NCBI GenBank assembly: GCA_036565945.1
Contig: DATCXG010000577.1
Location: 1 to 31,817, forward strand
Reading direction: 5' to 3'
Source of the DNA: Gemmatimonadaceae bacterium
GTDB taxonomy: Bacteria > Gemmatimonadota > Gemmatimonadetes > Gemmatimonadales > Gemmatimonadaceae
DNA: 31,817 bases
Shown here: positions 7,643 through 16,719 of the stretch, one piece after another
How the letters are laid out: every line of letters starts with the position of its first letter
How positions within the stretch are numbered: the stretch's first letter is position 1
Position numbers and translations under genes: made by a program
Notes under the pieces: generated by a model
Told to the model about the DNA's origin: nothing
Seen by the model: only the letters and a program-made list of their open reading frames with translations
The model's database searches: none

Positions 7643-7900
7643 TCCTCGCCTCCTGCACCCTCCTCGCGAGGCGTACAGGGGAAGATGTGTGCCATGCGTT
7701 CGCTTCTCGCTGCCGTACCTCTCAGCCGCCACTATTCCCTCGGCACTGCCCGCCAGCCCCGAGGTCAGGAGCACGAGCCGGGGTGGGGGTGGGATCCGAG
7801 CCGCACGGCGTGCCGCGCCACGGCAACACTCCCGGGCCAGGAACGCCAGTCAGGGATGCCGTTGGAAAGTGGGGAGGCCACGCTGCGGGACACTCCCGGG

Positions 7901-9406
7901 TCACTTCCCGACGCAGAAGCTACTGAAGACGCGGTCGAGAACATCTTCCACATCGATGCCGCCGATGAGCGACTCGAGAGCGAGCGACGCGGCGTGCAGG
8001 TGTACCGCGGCCACGATGGCCGGGAGAGCCCCCTCGCGCCAGGCGCGGGCGAAGTCGGAGACCTCGTCGCGCGAGCGCTGTACGGCGATCCTGTGCCGCT
8101 CACGCGTGAGGAGTGGGGTGGCCGTATCGCTCTCCACGCCATCGCCCCCCTTCCCGTATCGCTCGGTGAGCAGCAGTGCCAGCGCGTCGATGAGGTCGCC
8201 GAGCCCAGCTCCGGTGGCGGCACTCACCCGAACCCCTCCACGCACGCAAGGCAGCTCGCCGCCGGCAGATGACACGTCTATTTCATCGCGATATGGTACT
8301 AATGTGCCATCAGATGATGATTCGATAAGGCTGTACGAATCGTGACTTAGTGCTACTAAATCGCTTTTCGTACTGACCTCGAGCACTGGCGCCGCGGTGA
8401 GGGAGCGCACGCGCGACGACGTGAGTGCCAGCGAGGTCGCGTCATCGCCGCACGCCAGCACGGCGTGGGCGGAACGCAGGTAGCGCTCACTCACTTCTAT
8501 ACCCAACCGCTCCACCACATCGGCGGTCTCGCGCAGCCCCGCCGTGTCCACCAGGCGCACGGGCCACGGCCCGATGTCGGCCACCGCCTCGATGGCATCA
8601 CGCGTGGTACCCGGTACATCGGTCACTATGGCGCGGGTGTTCCCCAGCAGTGCGTTGAAGAGCGAGGACTTCCCCGCGTTCGGCGCGCCGGCGATGACGA
8701 CCACCGCGCCCCTGCGTACCAGCTCGCCTGTGGCGGCCGTGGCGATCAGCGCGTCCAGTGCAGCCAGCAGCCCTTCGATCGCGCTCTCCACGCGCGCGGC
8801 CGGCACCGGGCCATCGTCCTCTTCGGGGAAGTCTATCTCGTAGGCGATGAGCGCCTCCAGGCCGATGATGGCTTCGCGCAACGACGCGATCCGGCGCGAG
8901 AGGCTCCCCTCGAGCTGGCCGATGGCGGCGTGGTGCATGGCGCGCGACTGGGCATCTATGAGGTCGCCCACGCCTTCCGCCTGCAGGATGTCCATCTTGC
9001 CGTTGGCCACCGCACGGCGCGTGAACTCACCTGGCAGTGCCTCGCGCGCGCCAGCGGCCATGAGCGCGGCCACGGCGAGCACGCCCACCAGCGCTCCCCC
9101 GTGGACGCTCAGTTCCACGAGGTCCTCGCCGGTGTAGGAGCGTGGTGCGGCATACACGGTGACCACCGGACGGTCGATCACAGCGTCGGTGCCTGGGCCG
9201 CGCAGCGTCGCCAGGTAGGCGGAGCGTGGAGTCGAACGCCAGGGCCGGAGTACGCGTGCGGCGATCGCGTGGGCTCGCGGGCCACTCAGGCGGATGACCG
9301 CCAGAGCTGCGCGGCCAGGCGCCGTGGCCAGCGCTACTATGGTATCGTCGGAGCCAGGGAGCGGCAGGGGCTCACCGGCTTCATGCGCAGAGAGAGGCGT
9401 CTTCAT
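7901..9406 (-). CDS. mnmE: tRNA modification GTPase MnmE (TrmE)
   Basis: DTIVALATAPGRAALAVIRLSG; GEFTRRAVANGKMD; G1 GAPNAGKSS; G2 PGTTRD; G3 DTAG; G4 TKSD; C-terminal FSSFCVGK; ATGA overlap with the upstream MBL gene. Confidence 0.96.
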   Translation of the reverse strand: MKTPLSAHEAGEPLPLPGSDDTIVALATAPGRAALAVIRLSGPRAHAIAARVLRPWRSTPRSAYLATLRGPGTDAVIDRPVVTVYAAPRSYTGEDLVELSVHGGALVGVLAVAALMAAGAREALPGEFTRRAVANGKMDILQAEGVGDLIDAQSRAMHHAAIGQLEGSLSRRIASLREAIIGLEALIAYEIDFPEEDDGPVPAARVESAIEGLLAALDALIATAATGELVRRGAVVVIAGAPNAGKSSLFNALLGNTRAIVTDVPGTTRDAIEAVADIGPWPVRLVDTAGLRETADVVERLGIEVSERYLRSAHAVLACGDDATSLALTSSRVRSLTAAPVLEVSTKSDLVALSHDSYSLIESSSDGTLVPYRDEIDVSSAGGELPCVRGGVRVSAATGAGLGDLIDALALLLTERYGKGGDGVESDTATPLLTRERHRIAVQRSRDEVSDFARAWREGALPAIVAAVHLHAASLALESLIGGIDVEDVLDRVFSSFCVGK

Positions 9407-10203
9407 TGCCCGGGGCCGTCGAGCTGGAACGAGGTACCTGGATCGAGGATCTTCACATCCGCACGGCGGTGGTGCGCCTCGATGTCGGCGCGTAACTCCT
9501 CGATAGCCTGGAATGCCCCCGAGGTGAGGTGCTGGAACGTACCCCAGTGGTAGGGGATGAAGTAGCGCGCGCCGAGCAATTCGAAGAGCGTCAGCGCGTC
9601 ACGCGGGGTGAGGTGGCCTCGGCGAAACGATGGTCGCTTCCACCAGGGAGCGTGACCGATGGGAAGGAGCGCGACGTCGAGCGAGCGCTGGTGGGGCACG
9701 AGTAGCCGGTCCCGCACCATGCCGCGCGCATCGGCCGAGAGCGCCGTGTCGCCCGCGAAGAAGCACGCAGAGACATGATCGTCGACCAGGTACATATTGG
9801 CTGTGCCACGCCAGCGGTCCACGGCGTAGCGCGCACCCAGGTGGCGGGCGGTGGAAGCGGTGATCTCGAGCGACCCGACAGTCACCGTCTCACCACTCGC
9901 GAGCGGCTCCGCGTTACGGTAGCCGCGGCGAGTGAGCCAGCGCGCGAGCGCGGGCGGCGCGAAAAGCGGTACGTCGCCGGGCAGGGCATCCAGCGATGCG
10001 AAGGAGAGGTGATCGGCGTGCGCGTGCGTGAGAAGCATGGCGTCGAGCCGCGGCAGCTCTCCGAGCGCGATCCCCGGAGGCGAGACACGCGGCAGGAACC
10101 CACCCAGCCGCGTATCGAAGTTGGGGTCGGTGAGGATCCGAGCCCCACTCAGCTCCAGCAGCAGCGTCGCATGCCCCACATAAGTAACACGCATCCTGCT
10201 CAT
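9403..10203 (-). CDS. Metallo-beta-lactamase-fold hydrolase (NAPE-PLD/UPF0173-like)
   Basis: MRVTYVGHAT...ILTDP; THAHADH (HxHxDH); FAGDT; LLPIG; IPYHWGTF. Alternative ATG at 10194. Confidence 0.9.
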   Translation of the reverse strand: MSRMRVTYVGHATLLLELSGARILTDPNFDTRLGGFLPRVSPPGIALGELPRLDAMLLTHAHADHLSFASLDALPGDVPLFAPPALARWLTRRGYRNAEPLASGETVTVGSLEITASTARHLGARYAVDRWRGTANMYLVDDHVSACFFAGDTALSADARGMVRDRLLVPHQRSLDVALLPIGHAPWWKRPSFRRGHLTPRDALTLFELLGARYFIPYHWGTFQHLTSGAFQAIEELRADIEAHHRRADVKILDPGTSFQLDGPGQ

Positions 10204-10239
10204 CGGTCCCCCCGGCAGCTTCCCCCTCCCGCTACGGTC

Positions 10240-11979
10240 TTACCCCGTCCTCGCCCCCGTCCTGGTGGCGGTCGCGGGCGATGGTGGAGTGGATACCGGC
10301 CCGACCTTGGCCCGCTCGCGGGCGATGAGCCACTGCTGAGGAAGCGCGGCGATGTTCTGCACGGCGTAGTACAGATTGAGCCCGGCGGCAAGGTTCAGGA
10401 AGAACACCGTCATCATCACCGGGAAGAAGTAGGCCATCATCTTGGCCTGCGCGTTCGGCGGTGAGCTGCGCAACCCTATCCACGACAGCACGAACATCGA
10501 GATCCCCATCACTATCGGCAGGATGTAGTAGGGATCTTTCAGCGAGAGGTCCATCATCCAGAGAAAGGAGACGCCCCGGAACTCGATGGTATTCTGGAAC
10601 ACGAAGTACAGCGCGAACAGCACCGGCATGGGGATGAGCATGGGCAGGCACCCGGCCAACGGGCTGAACGGACTCATCCCGTGTTCCTTGTACAGCTTCA
10701 TTATCTCCGCCTGCTGCTTCTCCGGCGTGCCCTTGTACTTCTTCTGCAGTGCCTGCAGCTCCGGCTGGATGCGCTGCATCTTGAGGCTCGAGCGCATGGC
10801 ACTCTGGTTCAGCGGCCAGAGGATCAGCCGTACCACCACCCCGAAGATGACCAGCACCCAGCCGTAGTTGATCTGCAGGTGGTCATGAGTCCAGAGGAGG
10901 ATCCTCATGACGATCGTCGCGAACGGTTGCACGATGCGCTGGAAGAAGCCGCCGTACGGGTTCACGTGGTCGAAGTCGTTCCCGAGCGCCAGGAGTCGCC
11001 GCCACTCCTGGGGACCGGCGTAGACATCGAACGCAAAGTCCCCCTGTTGTCCGACGGGCTCGAGCACCACCGCCGTGGCATTGGTCTCCACCTTGCCCTC
11101 GTACGGTAGCCCACGCAGAACCACGCCGCTGAACGGACCAGTGGTACTATCGGTGAGCATGCCGAGCACGAAGTACTTGCTCTTGGTGGCAACCCAGTCG
11201 AGGGGCCCGTTCTCGGTGCGTACCTCGGTGGTGTCGAGCTTGTTGAACGGGGCGCTCTCCGCGTCCTCACCCGTCTGCTTCACCACGTAGGCGAGGTGTC
11301 GCTGGTCGTCCGTCGTATCGGCTTCCTGCGAGTTCAGTCCCCGGGGCAGCCGGACGAGCAGATACCTGGAGCCAGTACCGGGCTCTTCCACCTTCCCGCG
11401 CACCCTCACCAGATAGCTGTCCGGCGAGAACGTGTACGAGATGGCAACCGCGGTCCCTCCGGCATTCGTCCGGAAGGTGAGGGTCGGGAGCTCGTGTCCC
11501 GGCGCCGTGGTGCTGTCCACGGTGAACGGGAGCCGGTCCAACCGCACGGTATCGCCGCTCGCGCGCAGGAGCTCGTACTCCATGAGCGGCACCCCGGTAC
11601 GCGCCATCTGCACGGGGCCATCAGGCCCAGAGAGCGCCTGGTAGCCGTGCAACTCGACGCCGAGCGGGACCGCACCCACGGTGCTGAAACTATAGGTCGC
11701 CTTGGAGCCAACCACCTTGATGGTGTCGGCCTTGACCGCGGCTGCGCTGAGGGACTCGGCCACGGCGGCTGTCGGCGGCGTAGGCACCAGCGTCGTGGCA
11801 ACCGGGGTGTCTACCGCCCTAGCGCTGGCAGCCGCGCTCGATTCCGGCGAGGTAGCCACCAGGGCAGAGTCCGCGGTGGAACCGGCCGGCAGCGGTGCCA
11901 CGGGCGGTGGAAATAGCCTCGGCGTGATGATCAGGATGGCCGCGGCAAGGATTACGAAGATGATGAAGCGCTTATCCAT
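10240..11979 (-). CDS. yidC: Membrane protein insertase YidC
   Basis: N-terminal TM, large periplasmic domain, YGWVLVIFGVVVRLILWPL, MQRIQPELQALQKKYK, GCLPMLIPMPV, AGLNLYYAVQN; canonical position after yidD. Confidence 0.96.
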   Translation of the reverse strand: MDKRFIIFVILAAAILIITPRLFPPPVAPLPAGSTADSALVATSPESSAAASARAVDTPVATTLVPTPPTAAVAESLSAAAVKADTIKVVGSKATYSFSTVGAVPLGVELHGYQALSGPDGPVQMARTGVPLMEYELLRASGDTVRLDRLPFTVDSTTAPGHELPTLTFRTNAGGTAVAISYTFSPDSYLVRVRGKVEEPGTGSRYLLVRLPRGLNSQEADTTDDQRHLAYVVKQTGEDAESAPFNKLDTTEVRTENGPLDWVATKSKYFVLGMLTDSTTGPFSGVVLRGLPYEGKVETNATAVVLEPVGQQGDFAFDVYAGPQEWRRLLALGNDFDHVNPYGGFFQRIVQPFATIVMRILLWTHDHLQINYGWVLVIFGVVVRLILWPLNQSAMRSSLKMQRIQPELQALQKKYKGTPEKQQAEIMKLYKEHGMSPFSPLAGCLPMLIPMPVLFALYFVFQNTIEFRGVSFLWMMDLSLKDPYYILPIVMGISMFVLSWIGLRSSPPNAQAKMMAYFFPVMMTVFFLNLAAGLNLYYAVQNIAALPQQWLIARERAKVGPVSTPPSPATATRTGARTG

Positions 11980-11994
11980 TATTTGCTTGCTGGG

Positions 11995-12204
11995 TCACGG
12001 CACCGGGTCGTAGCCGCCTGGGTGAAACGGGTGGCAGCGCGCTAGCCGGCGTATGGTTAACCAGGAACCGCGCAGTGCGCCATGGCGCTGGAGCGCTTCG
12101 ACGGCATACGCCGAGCAACTCGGATAGAAGCGGCAAGAAGGAGGCAATAAGGGCGAGATGACTGCCTGGTAGCCGCGAATCAGAAAGATCAACAGCCAAC
12201 GCAT
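11995..12204 (-). CDS. yidD: Membrane protein insertion efficiency factor YidD
   Basis: [35 protein letters not shown]; TGATG overlap with rnpA. Confidence 0.96.
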   Translation of the reverse strand: MRWLLIFLIRGYQAVISPLLPPSCRFYPSCSAYAVEALQRHGALRGSWLTIRRLARCHPFHPGGYDPVP

Positions 12205-12554
12205 CAGCGCCCCGTGAGGAGATTAGCCACACGCTCCGTGGAGCGGGTGAGCTGTTCGTGGAGGACGACAAATGGCGCATCGTATGCTTCACGACGCGCC
12301 CGCACCACGATATCCCCGCCTGGTAATTTTGGGAGCAGTTCCTGGCGTACGATCTCCCGAAGTCGTCGCTTGAGGCGATTCCGGGCGACGCTGCTCTGCC
12401 CATACTTCGGCACGATGAAGCCAACCCGCGGGTGAGGAAGAAGGGAAGCTGCCGTCCGGATCTCGAGGTGCTGGGTCCGGATGCGCTTTCCTTCGCGTGC
12501 CACCATGCGCAGATCGGCGCCCCGCGTCAGCCGGAAGCCGCGCGGGAAGCGCAA
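12204..12554 (-). CDS. rnpA: RNase P protein component
   Basis: TTG start 4 nt after the rpmH stop; RVGFIVPK...[14 protein letters not shown] (RNR motif). Confidence 0.93.
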   Translation of the reverse strand: MRFPRGFRLTRGADLRMVAREGKRIRTQHLEIRTAASLLPHPRVGFIVPKYGQSSVARNRLKRRLREIVRQELLPKLPGGDIVVRARREAYDAPFVVLHEQLTRSTERVANLLTGR

Positions 12555-12558
12555 GTCA

Positions 12559-12723
12559 TCAGGCGCCGGCGTACTTCGACGGCAACTGCACCGTCAGCCG
12601 CTGACGCCCCTTCTTCCGGCGCCGACTCAGAACTGCACGCCCCCATCTGGTGGACATACGCTCCCGGAATCCATGAGTCCGGATACGGCGCTTGTTGCGG
12701 GGACGGTACGTTGGCTTACCCAT
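12559..12723 (-). CDS. rpmH: 50S ribosomal protein L34 (54 aa)
   Basis: Start trimmed to [23 protein letters not shown]; GGAG RBS. Confidence 0.96.
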   Translation of the reverse strand: MGKPTYRPRNKRRIRTHGFRERMSTRWGRAVLSRRRKKGRQRLTVQLPSKYAGA

Positions 12724-12770
12724 ATCTACTCCAGAAGCATATCTGAAAGGCGGCGAGGTACAGAACGATA

Positions 12771-12799
12771 AAGCTAGCGCATGCCAGAACATACGTCAA
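12771..12799 (-). promoter_or_regulatory. sigma70-type promoter for the rpmH operon
   Basis: On - strand TTGACG (12799-12794), 17 nt, TAGCTT (12776-12771); about 50 nt upstream of rpmH. Confidence 0.65.
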
Positions 12800-12919
12800 C
12801 ATCGTGTAGACCTCGGATAGTTCGGGAGCGAGTGCTGCGGCAACACCGAAGGAGGTGCGAGCGCTTTCACCCGCGCGCTCGTTGGTGACTCGTTGGTCGT
12901 CGCAACCCACTACCTTCGA

Positions 12920-12948
12920 TTGACTTTGCCACTCGCCCGGCCTACCTT
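12920..12948 (+). promoter_or_regulatory. sigma70-type promoter for dnaA
   Basis: TTGACT (12920-12925), 17 nt, TACCTT (12943-12948). Confidence 0.6.
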
Positions 12949-12963
12949 CGCGTCCCCGCCGAC

Positions 12964-12972
12964 TTTTCCACA
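12964..12972 (+). promoter_or_regulatory. DnaA box in the dnaA 5' UTR (autoregulation)
   Basis: TTTTCCACA matches TT(A/T)TNCACA exactly; 4 nt before the dnaA ATG. Confidence 0.75.
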
Positions 12973-12976
12973 TTAC

Positions 12977-14365
12977 ATGGCACTGACTCCTTCCGAAATC
13001 TGGTCGCGCCTTCTGGAGCGCGTACGACATGAGATACCAGAACAGAGCTTCCGTACGTGGCTCGAACCCACCGAGGCACTCGAAGTAACCGGTGACACGA
13101 TCTTTGTAGGCACTCCCGACCGCTTCGCCGCCGAGTGGAATGAGTCAAAACACGCACAGCTTCTGGCCAGTGCGGCGCCAGTAGCCCTCGGTCACCCGAT
13201 AAACGTCGTCTTCAAGGTTACCGAGGAGCGCCGCACCAGACCGCAGATGGACCTGTTCGTCGCGCCAGTCCCCGAACAGCGTTCCGCTGCCGGGCCCGTG
13301 GAAAACAGCACCGCGGGACTCAACACCCGCTACACCTTCGACAACTTCGTCATCGGAAAGTCCAACGAGCTGGCCGCTGCGGCTGCCCAGGCAGTGGCGG
13401 CATCGCCCGGCAAGGTGTACAACCCGTTTTTCATCTACGGCGCAACCGGGCTCGGCAAGACCCATCTCATGCAAGCTGTGGCGCACGAGATAGCGCAGCG
13501 GGTGCCCAATACACGCATCCGCTTCGTGAGCGGTGAGCAGTTCACCAACGAGATGGTCCTGTCGATCAGGAACCGTACGGCACCAGAATTCCGCCGGAAA
13601 TACCGCGAGACCGATCTCCTCCTGGCCGACGACGTACACTTTCTGAAAGGAAAGGAAGCTACCCAGGAAGAGTTCTTCCACACCTTCAACGCCCTCTACG
13701 AGGCTGGCCGGCAGATCATTCTCACCAGCGACCGGCCACCGTCGGAGATCCCAGGGCTCGAGGCACGCCTCGTGAGTCGTTTCCAGTGGGGCATGGTCGC
13801 CGATATCGAACTGCCAGAGCTGGAACACCGGATCGCCATCCTGCAGAACAAAGCACGCCTGGATCACCTGGAATCCAGCATCCCCGACGACGTCATTCTC
13901 TTCGTGGCGGAGCATGTCCGATCGAGCGTGCGAGAGCTGGAGGGAGCCATGATCCGGCTGCTAGCCTATGCCTCGCTCAAACACAGCGATGTAACCGTGG
14001 ACCTTGCACGCGAGGCTTTACGCGACAAGTTGCGTTTGAACGGTGACGCTCAGGAGCTCGACCGGTTGACTCTTTCTGCCGTCAGCATCCAGAATGCCGT
14101 GGCAAAGGACTGGAACGTTACCGTCGAGGGTCTCTGCTCCAAGAGCCGCACCAAGCAGCTCACTCTAGCGCGGCAGGTGGCCATGCATCTGATCCGCGAC
14201 TTGCTCGGCACGCAGCTCATAGAAATCGGCAACGCGTTCGGCGGTAGGGATCACTCGACGGTGATCCATAGTCTCGAGAAGATAGACCAGAAGATGAAGG
14301 ACGACCCAGCCTTCAGCGACCGTGTGAATGGCCTCAGGACCAGTCTGGAAAAGCTGCGCAAATGA
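12977..14365 (+). CDS. dnaA: Chromosomal replication initiator DnaA (462 aa)
   Basis: Start trimmed to MALTPSEIW; YTFDNFVIGKSN; YNPFFIYG; Walker A GATGLGKT; Walker B LLLADD; QEEFFHTFN; SRFQWG; domain IV GGRDHSTVIHS. Confidence 0.97.
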   Translation: MALTPSEIWSRLLERVRHEIPEQSFRTWLEPTEALEVTGDTIFVGTPDRFAAEWNESKHAQLLASAAPVALGHPINVVFKVTEERRTRPQMDLFVAPVPEQRSAAGPVENSTAGLNTRYTFDNFVIGKSNELAAAAAQAVAASPGKVYNPFFIYGATGLGKTHLMQAVAHEIAQRVPNTRIRFVSGEQFTNEMVLSIRNRTAPEFRRKYRETDLLLADDVHFLKGKEATQEEFFHTFNALYEAGRQIILTSDRPPSEIPGLEARLVSRFQWGMVADIELPELEHRIAILQNKARLDHLESSIPDDVILFVAEHVRSSVRELEGAMIRLLAYASLKHSDVTVDLAREALRDKLRLNGDAQELDRLTLSAVSIQNAVAKDWNVTVEGLCSKSRTKQLTLARQVAMHLIRDLLGTQLIEIGNAFGGRDHSTVIHSLEKIDQKMKDDPAFSDRVNGLRTSLEKLRK

Positions 14366-14594
14366 GGTGGATAACCACTGAAAGTGTCCACCCGGTGGTA
14401 GAATTCCAGAGAAGCATGTGGAATCAGCGGTACAACCACCACTCTTCCACATTCGCTAGCAATAGATAAGGCCTCTGAGTATCGTAACTTCCATCGTTTA
14501 CCCTCATTTCCACAGGCCCTACTACTACTTCTAGTTATAACTCTACTAGAGTAGAAGATCATAGACGGCCCAGAGTCAACAACGAGGAGCTCGA
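14366..14594. other. Replication origin oriC (dnaA-dnaN intergenic)
   Basis: DnaA-box-like 9-mers at 14366 (GGTGGATAA), 14417 (TGTGGAATC), 14443 (TCTTCCACA), 14498 (TTACCCTCA) and 14506 (ATTTCCACA); GGCC at 14515-14518; CTA trio repeats at 14519-14533; then AT-rich sequence. Confidence 0.9.
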
Positions 14595-15710
14595 ATGCGC
14601 TTCACGATCGCGCGCGAGAAGTTGCAGGACGGACTGACCGCGGTAACAGCAACCGTACCGGCCAAGACCACCCTTCCCGTGCTGGCGAATATCCTGGTGG
14701 AGACCACGGAGCGTGGTATTCGCCTGTCCGGAACGGATCTCGATATGGCGGTGAGTACTGACCTCACTGCCGACGTGGAATCGGAGGGCGCGATCACCAT
14801 TCCGGCGAAGAAGCTGGCGGAAATCGTGCGCGAGCTCCCGTCGGCACCGGTGAAGGTGAGCACCACCGGTGAGCAGCGCGTGGTCCTGGAATGCAGCCGA
14901 TCGCGGTTCCGTCTCCTCGGGCTTCCTCGAGACGAGTTCCCGAGCTTCCCAGCCGTGAAGTTCGCGGATAGCTGGCGCATTCGCTCCGGTGAGTTGCAGA
15001 AACTGATCTCACACACCGCGTTCGCCGTTTCCACGGAAGAGAGTCGGCCCATTCTCAATGGTGTGCTGTGGGAGCTGCGGCCCGACTACATGCGTATGGT
15101 GGCCACTAACGGGCACAGGCTGGCCAAGATGGAGCTTCCGATCACCAGTGCGTCGGAATCGTTGTCTGGGGATATGATTGTCCCTCCCAAGGCGCTGGAG
15201 CAGATTCGCCGACTCTTCCCCGCAGAGGAGGAGCTGGAGATCGCGCGTGGTGAGAATCACCTGGGCTTCCGTTCTCCGGTGACGGCGGTGTACACCAGGT
15301 TGATCGAGGGGCCGTATCCGAACTACGAGCAGGTGATCCCAAAGGACAACGACCGGATCGCACTCGCTGACAAGAACTCCCTCGTGAGTGCTCTCAAGCG
15401 TATGTCGGTGATAGCGTCGGACTCCACGCACAGGATCCGGCTCTCCTTCAATGCGGGGATGCTGAAGTTCAGCGTTCAGACTCCTGACCTCGGTGAGGCG
15501 CAGGACGAGCTGCCGATCAACTTCGACGGAGATCCGTTCGACATCGGCTTCAACGCCACCTACTTGCTCGAGATTCTGCGCTACATGCCCACCGACGAGG
15601 TGCGTATGGCGTTCAAGGCCCCTGAGCGCGCTGCTACCGTAGAGCCGGCTGGCTGGGATGATCCGGCGAAGTACATGTGCTTGATCATGCCCCTCCGCCT
15701 GATCGACTGA
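14595..15710 (+). CDS. dnaN: DNA polymerase III beta sliding clamp
   Basis: GTDLD, ATNGHRLA, YPNYEQVIP, IGFNATYL, LIMPLRL; 371 aa; GAGGAG RBS. Confidence 0.97.
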   Translation: MRFTIAREKLQDGLTAVTATVPAKTTLPVLANILVETTERGIRLSGTDLDMAVSTDLTADVESEGAITIPAKKLAEIVRELPSAPVKVSTTGEQRVVLECSRSRFRLLGLPRDEFPSFPAVKFADSWRIRSGELQKLISHTAFAVSTEESRPILNGVLWELRPDYMRMVATNGHRLAKMELPITSASESLSGDMIVPPKALEQIRRLFPAEEELEIARGENHLGFRSPVTAVYTRLIEGPYPNYEQVIPKDNDRIALADKNSLVSALKRMSVIASDSTHRIRLSFNAGMLKFSVQTPDLGEAQDELPINFDGDPFDIGFNATYLLEILRYMPTDEVRMAFKAPERAATVEPAGWDDPAKYMCLIMPLRLID

Positions 15711-15716
15711 TCCGGG

Positions 15717-16607
15717 TCACTGGATCAGAGTAATTGTCTCGCTCGCGTCTTGCCGGAAGGGAAGCACCGATTGACCAGTGGCGACAGTCAGTTGTGTGCT
15801 GCCCATGCTCGTGGCGCTGAACAGCAGGCCGGTGCTGGTGGCCACGTAAAGCGTTGCCGAGCCGTTACCGGAGCCATGGACAGTCAGCTCGGTGGATCCG
15901 GAATCCGGTCGACTCTCGACAGTCAGGCTGTCTACTCGGTAAATACGGAGAGCCGGCTGTGCCTGCCACAGTGTATCGCTGATGATCCTATAGTGGCGTA
16001 TGGCTGTCGTTGTAATGGGCACCCTACCGCGACATGTGACCGTGGAAACAGTATCCCTCCAGCTGGTTCCGATCGAGATGGTCGTGGGGAGAGGGACTAT
16101 CAGCGCCTGTAGGGCGGCGGTCAGAGGGTCGATTCCGTGGCGGCAACTGGTGATCGCATCGCTCCGAAGGTTCGTGAGCTGGCCTGCCGCTGAGAGTTCC
16201 GCACTGAAGTGTGGTGGAGCGTTGGTACCAGTGCTCGGCTGAGGGATCCTGTTGTTGGTTGATACCGCGACCGAGTCGACCTTGCCTGTGAGGTCGAAAT
16301 CTCCTTTCGAGCCGCTACTCCGCGCAGCCTGAGCCAGGGTTATGGTGTAGAGCGTGGTTCTGCCCACCTGCGTGTTACCTGGAGAGTTGCCAGGCAGACT
16401 CACCGTGGCCTTCGACTCGAGCTCGTAGCGCCAGGTGCCGACAGAACGCCGGGGCTTCCAGCCGTTCTCATCCTTCGGCGTCTGCGTGGAATCGACTCTG
16501 GCTCTCTCGGGTGCCGGGGTGTTGGTGGGAGTAGCAAGTGTGCAGCCGGCTAGGAGCATCGTGCACGTGCCGTACAACAGGAGCTGGCGGGAGGAGGGAA
16601 GCGACAC
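15717..16607 (-). CDS. Hypothetical lipoprotein (beta-strand-rich)
   Basis: GTG start with GGAG upstream; lipobox LLAG-C at about residue 22; Thr/Ser-rich; no family recognised. Confidence 0.65.
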   Translation of the reverse strand: MSLPSSRQLLLYGTCTMLLAGCTLATPTNTPAPERARVDSTQTPKDENGWKPRRSVGTWRYELESKATVSLPGNSPGNTQVGRTTLYTITLAQAARSSGSKGDFDLTGKVDSVAVSTNNRIPQPSTGTNAPPHFSAELSAAGQLTNLRSDAITSCRHGIDPLTAALQALIVPLPTTISIGTSWRDTVSTVTCRGRVPITTTAIRHYRIISDTLWQAQPALRIYRVDSLTVESRPDSGSTELTVHGSGNGSATLYVATSTGLLFSATSMGSTQLTVATGQSVLPFRQDASETITLIQ

Positions 16608-16682
16608 GTCAGGCGACTCCTTGGGAAACGGGTGGCACCGATGAATCCTGAAAGTCTATCCACCAACTGATTGTCGAAGCAG

Positions 16683-16718
16683 CCGGCCTCTCGCGATACT
16701 GAGCTCGCGAGAGGCCGG
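16683..16718 (-). terminator. Hairpin directly 3' of rnpB (probable terminator)
   Basis: CCGGCCTCTCGCGA, 8-nt loop, TCGCGAGAGGCCGG (14-bp perfect stem); only a weak U run follows. Confidence 0.65.
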
Positions 16719-16719
16719 G

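Noticed and set aside
7780-7900. GGGGTGGGGGTGGG run and the 11-bp direct repeat ACACTCCCGGG (7826-7836, 7890-7900)
   Set aside because: Only three G-tracts; a GC-rich 11-mer repeat is plausible by chance; no known RNA motif recognised.
16656-16664. CTATCCACC as a distal DnaA box
   Set aside because: Two mismatches and isolated, so not distinguishable from chance.
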